Shown here: positions 58,193-64,000 of the stretch, one piece after another
How positions within the stretch are numbered: position 1 is the first letter of the stretch
How the letters are laid out: every line of letters begins with the position of its first letter
Source of the DNA: an uncultured Candidatus Saccharibacteria bacterium
Lineage (GTDB): Bacteria > Patescibacteriota > Minisyncoccia > Phycocordibacterales > UBA5272
NCBI GenBank assembly: GCA_964635125.1
Contig: CAZWMQ010000001.1
Coordinates: forward strand, 84,386 to 148,385
DNA length: 64,000 nucleotides
Direction: 5' to 3'
The notes under the pieces: generated by a model
The model's database searches: none
Told to the model about the DNA's origin: nothing
The model's input: the letters and a program-made list of their open reading frames with translations, nothing else
Translations under genes and position numbers: made by a program

Positions 58193-59992
58193 ATGATTTT
58201 ATTAAATCTTTTAGTCTCTCAAAATGTCTTGAGTGAATTAGAGGCTCGAGCTATAGAAGAAGAAGCTAAAAACTCAACTTCACCGATTGATGAGATTTTA
58301 GCTGAGCATAATGTTTCAGATGCAGCTATTTTAACTGCTCGTAATGCTATTTACGGCATACCAGTTTATAGTGGGAGCAGAGATTTAGCTAACGAGACTT
58401 TGTATAATTTGTTTGATCAAGAAAAAGCAGAGAGGTATTTAGCCATTCCGTTAGGATTTAGAGATCTAGAAGAAGAGAATAATCCGGAAATAATTGCTAA
58501 AAGACAAGAGCTAAAAAAGGATAATGAATTTATTAAAAATAAAGACATCGTTGACGAAGTTTTGATAGGTATTGTTGATCCTGAAAGAAAAAATGTTCTA
58601 GATGCTTTACAATTTATATTAACTTCTGCTGGAGTTAGTTATAAAATATATCTGATTTCTTTTAATGAATTTAAACGAAGATTCGACGGATATTCTTCCG
58701 GACAAGTTAAGGCCGTTCCACAGTTTAATCGTAAAAGTGACGATAAGGATGACCCTAATCAGACTAATTTGATAGATATTACTGACGAAGACGACACATT
58801 GTTAGAATCTTTAACTGATTCAATGCCAATGGTAAAGATGGTTAATGTCATTTTAAAGAATGCTATTGTTAATTTAGCTTCTGATATTCATATAGAAGAT
58901 ATTGGTACTAATTTACGTATACGAACCAGAATAGATGGTATTTTAGCCACTCGTTTTATGATTCCAGTCTCTCGGCATGCTTCAATGGTAGCCAGGATTA
59001 AAATTCTCTGTAATTTAAAGTTAGACGAAAAAAGAAAGCCCCAAGATGGTAGATTCTCGGTTAAATATAATGGACATAAAGTTGACTTCCGTGTCTCGAC
59101 ATTACCAACTTATTATGGAGAAAAAGTAGTGATTCGTATTTTAGATAGTTATAGAGGGGTTAAGAAATTAGAAGAAATTGGTTTTTCAGATTCTCATTTA
59201 AAAAAGATTAGAGCAGCCATCGCTAGACCTTACGGCATGGTTTTAATCTCGGGACCAACTGGGTCTGGAAAATCAACCACACTTTATTCAATGATAAATG
59301 AGTTAGATAAAGAACATTTGAATATAGTTTCACTTGAGGACCCAATTGAATATAATATTCCCGGGATTAGTCAGTCTCAGATTTTCCCGGAGATTGGTTA
59401 TACTTTTGCGACTGGTTTAAGATCTATACTTAGACAAGATCCTAATGTAATCTTTGTTGGAGAGATTAGAGATGGAGAAACTGCCCAATTAGCTATTCAA
59501 GCAGCTTTGACTGGACACTTAGTTTTTTCTACTATCCACACTAATAATGCAATTGGAGTGGTTACTCGTCTTATGGATATGGGAGTTGATCCATATTTGA
59601 TCGCTCCAACTTTGAATTTAGCTATTGCTCAAAGACTGGCTAGAAAAATAGCCAAAGATGCTGGAGAAGAACTTAATGATCCAGGATTAAGATCAATTAT
59701 TCAAGAAAGTTTTAAAGATTTACCAGATGAATATAAGAAAGAATTACCTTTAGATAAGAATCCATATAAAGCAAATTCAACTGCAGCCAACCCTTCTGGG
59801 TTAAAAGGAAGAATAGCTGTATTTGAGATGTTAGAAGTTGATACTGATATTGAGAATTTGATTTTACACAAAGCCTCAGAAGAAGAGATTTGGAAAGCGG
59901 CTCGTAAAAAGGGTATGATCAATATAAATGAAGATGGAATGATAAAAAGTATTCAAGGCATTATTCCATTCACTGAGGCAGAGAGTGTTTAG
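58193..59992 (+). CDS. pilB: GspE/PilB family assembly ATPase
   Basis: ASDIHIE, PQDGR, GPTGSGKST, LRQDP, TGHLVFSTIH. Confidence 0.93.
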   Translation: MILLNLLVSQNVLSELEARAIEEEAKNSTSPIDEILAEHNVSDAAILTARNAIYGIPVYSGSRDLANETLYNLFDQEKAERYLAIPLGFRDLEEENNPEIIAKRQELKKDNEFIKNKDIVDEVLIGIVDPERKNVLDALQFILTSAGVSYKIYLISFNEFKRRFDGYSSGQVKAVPQFNRKSDDKDDPNQTNLIDITDEDDTLLESLTDSMPMVKMVNVILKNAIVNLASDIHIEDIGTNLRIRTRIDGILATRFMIPVSRHASMVARIKILCNLKLDEKRKPQDGRFSVKYNGHKVDFRVSTLPTYYGEKVVIRILDSYRGVKKLEEIGFSDSHLKKIRAAIARPYGMVLISGPTGSGKSTTLYSMINELDKEHLNIVSLEDPIEYNIPGISQSQIFPEIGYTFATGLRSILRQDPNVIFVGEIRDGETAQLAIQAALTGHLVFSTIHTNNAIGVVTRLMDMGVDPYLIAPTLNLAIAQRLARKIAKDAGEELNDPGLRSIIQESFKDLPDEYKKELPLDKNPYKANSTAANPSGLKGRIAVFEMLEVDTDIENLILHKASEEEIWKAARKKGMININEDGMIKSIQGIIPFTEAESV

Positions 59993-60002
59993 ATTTTTAA
60001 AT

Positions 60003-60527
60003 ATGAATTTGAATTTAATTTTTAAGAATAGAAAATATCGAGATATTTATTTTTTTTTGATCGTGTTTTTTAGTATTATTTATTTTATAATTAAAAATTA
60101 CTCTTCAGCAATTTCAGTTTTTAATTTTAAATTGTTCTCATTAAATGAAAAAATAGAATTATTTATACGATCAATTTTTAATATTGATAGTTTAAAAGAT
60201 CTTTGGATGTTAATCTTGATTATTTTATTTGTTTTAGCGATAGCATTATTTTTCACTTTAGCTATAGCTCTTTATAAGAATAGTAAACAATTAAGCGAAG
60301 GTAAAAGTATATTAAGTACTATATTTATATTTATTTCAATACTTGGTTTATCATGTGCCAGTTGTGGAATAGGACTACTCGCTTCACTATTATCATTATT
60401 TGGAGCAACTTATTTATTAAATTATTTCCCATTACATGGAGTAGAGATTGGTTATCTTGGAGTAATATTTTTAATGATTAGTAATTACTTTCTTTTAAAG
60501 AGAGTGAAAAGTCCATTTACTTGTTAG
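60003..60527 (+). CDS. Membrane protein with CASC motif (start may be 59985)
   Basis: Four TMs; GLSCASCG. Confidence 0.65.
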   Translation: MNLNLIFKNRKYRDIYFFLIVFFSIIYFIIKNYSSAISVFNFKLFSLNEKIELFIRSIFNIDSLKDLWMLILIILFVLAIALFFTLAIALYKNSKQLSEGKSILSTIFIFISILGLSCASCGIGLLASLLSLFGATYLLNYFPLHGVEIGYLGVIFLMISNYFLLKRVKSPFTC

Positions 60528-60607
60528 ATTTATTTAGTTGAAAGTTTTATATTTTTAAATTGTTAAAAAGTGTTTTTTATGGTAAAATGCTTTTACCATT
60601 AAAGTTT

Positions 60608-60681
60608 GCGCGATTAGCTCAGCTGGCTAGAGCATTCGACTGATACTCGAAAGGTCCCTGGTTCGATCCCAGGATCGCGCA
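60608..60681 (+). tRNA. tRNA-Ile(GAT)
   Basis: Cloverleaf with TTCGA-CT GAT AC-TCGAA. Confidence 0.9.
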
Positions 60682-60685
60682 CATA

Positions 60686-60723
60686 AGCAAAAATCCACCA
60701 ACTTAAGCTGGTGGATTTTTGCT
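60686..60723. terminator. Bidirectional terminator
   Basis: AGCAAAAATCCACCA..TGGTGGATTTTTGCT. Confidence 0.8.
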
Positions 60724-60733
60724 ATGAAAATAT

Positions 60734-61402
60734 TTAGAATTGATTAGCAGTAATATTTGCCTCAATTTCAATTTCATCATTCACGGTAGTTCCAGGGAAT
60801 CCAGGCATTTTAATATTAAAAGCTTTACGACTTATTTTAGTTTTAAAATTAATAATTAAACCATTTTGAGTTTTAGTTAAAGTAAAAGGGAAGTTAATCT
60901 CATTACTTACTTTTGAAATAGTTAAAGTTCCAGTAGCATATAAAGTAAGTGGAGTGTTTAAAAGTAATTCTGGTAGATTTGAAACTGGATTTAAATTAAA
61001 AGTTATAAATTCATTTCCTGGAGTAGTGGATTTTAAAATAATACGATTAATAGACCCATCTCTATCTACACTATCAGTTTTAAAAGTTCTAGCATCAATA
61101 TTAATTGTGTTTGAAGCTACACTTAATTCATTTTTATTTTGGTCAATAGTTAAGTCAGCATAGATTTGATTATTTATTCCAGAGATAGTATGAAGACCAT
61201 CACTTTTATTTTCATTAATAGAGAATTTAATAGTTGAGCTTGCTTGGTTAAATCTATAATAGATATGATTAGCAGATTTCGAAATCTCTTTTTCTAAATT
61301 TTGTTTAGTTGCTTCAGTATTAACTTTAACTGGGCGAAGCATGTATTTTATAATTAGAATGCCTAATAAAGCTAATATAATCACTATAATGATAATTTTC
61401 AT
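60734..61402 (-). CDS. YceI-family protein
   Basis: SSTIKF, FKTDSVDRD, GTLTI, ISRKAFNI. Confidence 0.75.
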   Translation of the reverse strand: MKIIIIVIILALLGILIIKYMLRPVKVNTEATKQNLEKEISKSANHIYYRFNQASSTIKFSINENKSDGLHTISGINNQIYADLTIDQNKNELSVASNTINIDARTFKTDSVDRDGSINRIILKSTTPGNEFITFNLNPVSNLPELLLNTPLTLYATGTLTISKVSNEINFPFTLTKTQNGLIINFKTKISRKAFNIKMPGFPGTTVNDEIEIEANITANQF

Positions 61403-61490
61403 ATATTTATTATTTAATTATAGCATTATTTTAAATTAATTTAAAATAAAAACCAAGCTTTACTTGGTTTAAATATTTTTCATAATTTAA

Positions 61491-61883
61491 TTATGGTCGT
61501 AGCTCCGTCTCCGGTTTAAGTTTTTGATACTCACCATGAAATCTTTTCTTTTTATGTAAGAAATCATAAAGAGTGTGAGAAATATTTTTCTTAATCCAGT
61601 CAAACATTTCTCTTGAAACAACCGGGAAACAAGTTATAACATTATCTAAGTAGAATATTATTTCTACTACTCCATCCCAGCTATGAGAATTAAGATAATC
61701 AGTTACTATTTTTTGGACATTTTCATTAGTCGTATATAGTAACCATCTCTCTTCTTCAAAGATCAGTTTGGAATAATAATTTCTGGAGAGTTTTTCTATC
61801 TTATTTTCCATACCTTTTTCCATAATATTTTCAATTACGACTATCTTTTTATTGTTTTCGGAGAAGTCTTTTTCAAAGTTCAT
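61491..61883 (-). CDS. Hypothetical protein
   Basis: 130-aa ORF followed by a hairpin near 61449-61470. Confidence 0.5.
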   Translation of the reverse strand: MNFEKDFSENNKKIVVIENIMEKGMENKIEKLSRNYYSKLIFEEERWLLYTTNENVQKIVTDYLNSHSWDGVVEIIFYLDNVITCFPVVSREMFDWIKKNISHTLYDFLHKKKRFHGEYQKLKPETELRP

Positions 61884-61989
61884 TTTAAAAATTTTTAAGG
61901 GTAAAAAAATTAATTTTAATAACTTTTTATATTATAACATTATTTTAATATTAAGTAAATATATGCTAAAATGTTTTTAAATTATAAAT

Positions 61990-62679
61990 ATGAGTAATTT
62001 TTATATTATTGGAACTCCAATTGGGAATTTAGAAGATATTACTTATCGAGCGGTGAGAGTTTTAAAAGAAGTTGATTTAATATTGTGCGAGAATGTCCTT
62101 GAGGCAAGTAAACTTTTGCGACATTTTGAGATTACAACTGCGACCACGAATTATTTTGCGAATTCTAAATTATCTAAGATCGATAAGGTAATTGATCTAT
62201 TAAAGAGTGGTAAAGATGTAGCTTTAATATCAGATGCTGGTATGCCAACTATTTCTGATCCGGGAAGTTTATTAATTAGTAAGCTTTATGAAGCTAAGGA
62301 TAAAGGTTTAGAAGTTGAGATTAAAGTTATCCCAGGACCTACGGCTTTGATTTCCGCACTTTCCTTATCAGGATTTACTGGGAATCAATTTACTTTTTTT
62401 GGATTTTTACCACAGAAAAAAGGGAGAAATAGTATTTTTATAGAGATGGCTAATAACGAGAGGATTTCTATTTTCTATGAATCAGTGCATCGAGTGATGA
62501 AATGTTTTGAGAGTTTAATGGAAGTTTTAGATAAAGATAGACAAGTAGTAGTGGCTCGAGAATTAACCAAGATGTTTGAAGAAGTGGTTCGTGGAAATAT
62601 TTTTGAAGTTTTAAATTATTTTAAAGATAATCCAGAGAAAGTTAGAGGGGAATTTGTAATTGTAATTGATAAGAAATAA
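61990..62679 (+). CDS. rsmI: 16S rRNA C1402 2'-O-methyltransferase
   Basis: TPIGNLEDIT, SDAGMPTISDPG, ARELTKMFEE, RGEFV. Confidence 0.96.
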   Translation: MSNFYIIGTPIGNLEDITYRAVRVLKEVDLILCENVLEASKLLRHFEITTATTNYFANSKLSKIDKVIDLLKSGKDVALISDAGMPTISDPGSLLISKLYEAKDKGLEVEIKVIPGPTALISALSLSGFTGNQFTFFGFLPQKKGRNSIFIEMANNERISIFYESVHRVMKCFESLMEVLDKDRQVVVARELTKMFEEVVRGNIFEVLNYFKDNPEKVRGEFVIVIDKK

Positions 62680-62691
62680 TTTTAATTTTGA

Positions 62692-62724
62692 GTCTGTGGC
62701 GAAGGCTTCGGCTTCGCCACAGAC
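62692..62724. repeat. GC-rich palindrome (CGAAG/CTTCG type)
   Basis: GTCTGTGGCGAAG-gcttcgg-CTTCGCCACAGAC. Confidence 0.7.
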
Positions 62725-62772
62725 CAAATAAGAGAATTCACATAATTCTAAAAATTTGCTATAATTATAGAT

Positions 62773-62931
62773 ATGAGTAAAAGATTTTTTCAGAGACTTG
62801 TCTCTATATTGTTTATCGTTTTAATATTCTTTATTGATATACCTAATGTTTATAAAGATGTAATTATTGTCATATTCTCAGTCTTTTTGTTTCTTTCTAC
62901 TTTTGAAATTAGAAAGCAACGTAGAAATTAA
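62773..62931 (+). CDS. Small two-TM protein (52 aa)
   Basis: ATG 7 nt after TGCTATAAT; two hydrophobic segments. Confidence 0.55.
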   Translation: MSKRFFQRLVSILFIVLIFFIDIPNVYKDVIIVIFSVFLFLSTFEIRKQRRN

Positions 62932-62995
62932 TTTTAAAATTATTAAGTTTGGCAACAGAAAAATTTTTTGTTATACTTGTACAAGTTACAAGTTT

Positions 62996-63054
62996 TCTGT
63001 GGTAGCTTGCGGCATGAGCGAAGCGAAAATGGAAAAAGCCAGTTGGGCCAACTG
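62996..63054 (+). repeat. Degenerate 5'-half copy of tRNA-Asn carrying the same 25-nt insert as 22123-22147
   Basis: TCTGTGGTAGCT + GGCATGAGCGAAGCGAAAATGGAAA + CAGTTGG/CCAACTG, starting 112 nt before the tRNA. Confidence 0.75.
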
Positions 63055-63107
63055 CTGGAGAAAAAATGTTGGTTGAGAGTAATCTTGTAAAATTTAAAAT
63101 AAAATAT

Positions 63108-63182
63108 TCCGTGGTAGCTCAGCGGTAGAGCAGTTGGCTGTTAACCAATTGGTCGCAGGTTCGATCCCTGCCCACGGAGCCA
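63108..63182 (+). tRNA. tRNA-Asn(GTT)
   Basis: Cloverleaf GTTGG-CT GTT AA-CCAAT, G73, encoded CCA. Confidence 0.96.
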
Positions 63183-63314
63183 AATATAGCAAAGAACCCT
63201 TTTTTTAAGGCAGTTTTAAAGTTTTTTTAAATATTTATATAAAGCAAATATTACGATAGCCTTTAAATAGTTAGAACTTTTAAAAATACTTTTCACCTCT
63301 AAAAACTTTTAAAA

Positions 63315-63842
63315 ATGCAAAAACAAAAGTACTTCATTTTCAAAGAAAGAAACAAGTATTATTTCAAGAATCTTAAAAATAATACATTGAGCAAGCCTTT
63401 TACTAATAAGGTTGATGCCATTAGTATTATAATGGGCTATTTAAATGAAAAAAAGATTTCAGTGAAAGGAGGGCTTGATCTTCTTTATAATATTACGGAG
63501 TTAAATGATTTACCTCTATGCTATAAGGCTGAAGGAATACAATTAATCATCGACGCTTATCATCTGGAATTAATTGTGAAAACTCAAAGGGATTTAGTAG
63601 AAACCCTTTCTAGAATTGAAGGAGAGAGCAATCTCCCTAAATTAAAAAAACAAGATGGAAGTGTTTCTATTATCGGAAAAGATTTCTACTCTACTTCCTT
63701 GTTCAGCAAAGAAAGAGCTCGGGAGGTTGTTGATATTTTATTTGGAAATGAGAAAATCAATAGATTTGAAAGGAAAAAATTATTATTACAAATCAATCGT
63801 TGTTTTTTACCAGAAAAGGAAGTCATTCCTGATTTGAATTAG
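63315..63842 (+). CDS. Hypothetical protein, possibly with an internal duplication
   Basis: 175-aa ORF followed by a hairpin; F(T/S)xK..A...I motif occurs twice. Confidence 0.55.
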   Translation: MQKQKYFIFKERNKYYFKNLKNNTLSKPFTNKVDAISIIMGYLNEKKISVKGGLDLLYNITELNDLPLCYKAEGIQLIIDAYHLELIVKTQRDLVETLSRIEGESNLPKLKKQDGSVSIIGKDFYSTSLFSKERAREVVDILFGNEKINRFERKKLLLQINRCFLPEKEVIPDLN

Positions 63843-64000
63843 ATTATTCATAGCCACTTTTAATAATTTGAAAGCGGCTATTATTTTGTAGGTGATTAAG
63901 AGATTTGATTTTTTATTTTATTTATTTTCTTTTTCAGAATTATTCTATAAATTATAAAGAAGATTAAGATTAGACTAAAAATAATTAAAATACCTTGTCA

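Overview
AT-rich chromosomal window that looks like a Patescibacteria/CPR (Parcubacteria-like) genome. The taxonomy is inferred from gene content: alpha2-type GlyRS, N-terminally short PheS/ThrRS/EF-Ts, a TrbC/VirB2-like pilin array, DUF5652/DUF5671 proteins and comF-pilM-N-O-pilB. The dominant signal is genetic-code reassignment. At least 21 genes, including essential gyrB, thrS and pheT, carry in-frame TGA, and wherever the family motif is recognisable the position is a Trp. So this genome reads UGA as Trp (table 4), not Gly (table 25, known from Gracilibacteria/Absconditabacteria). The supplied code-11 ORF track therefore fragments many genes; coordinates below are re-called by hand with TGA=Trp. 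Other highlights: (1) an NlpC/P60 cysteine-peptidase domain with intact Cys-His-His inserted inside PheRS beta; (2) two families of tRNA/tmRNA-flanking elements built from degenerate copies of the adjacent RNA gene plus shared motifs; (3) a 6.8-kb cassette bounded by a 48-bp duplication of the htpX 3' end, encoding a ~2012-aa surface protein and a PrsW-like protease; (4) a pilin fused to a peptidoglycan-binding domain; (5) a PabI-family restriction glycosylase/methyltransferase pair; (6) a tRNA-Ile(UAU). All family calls come from motif recognition by eye; no searches were run.
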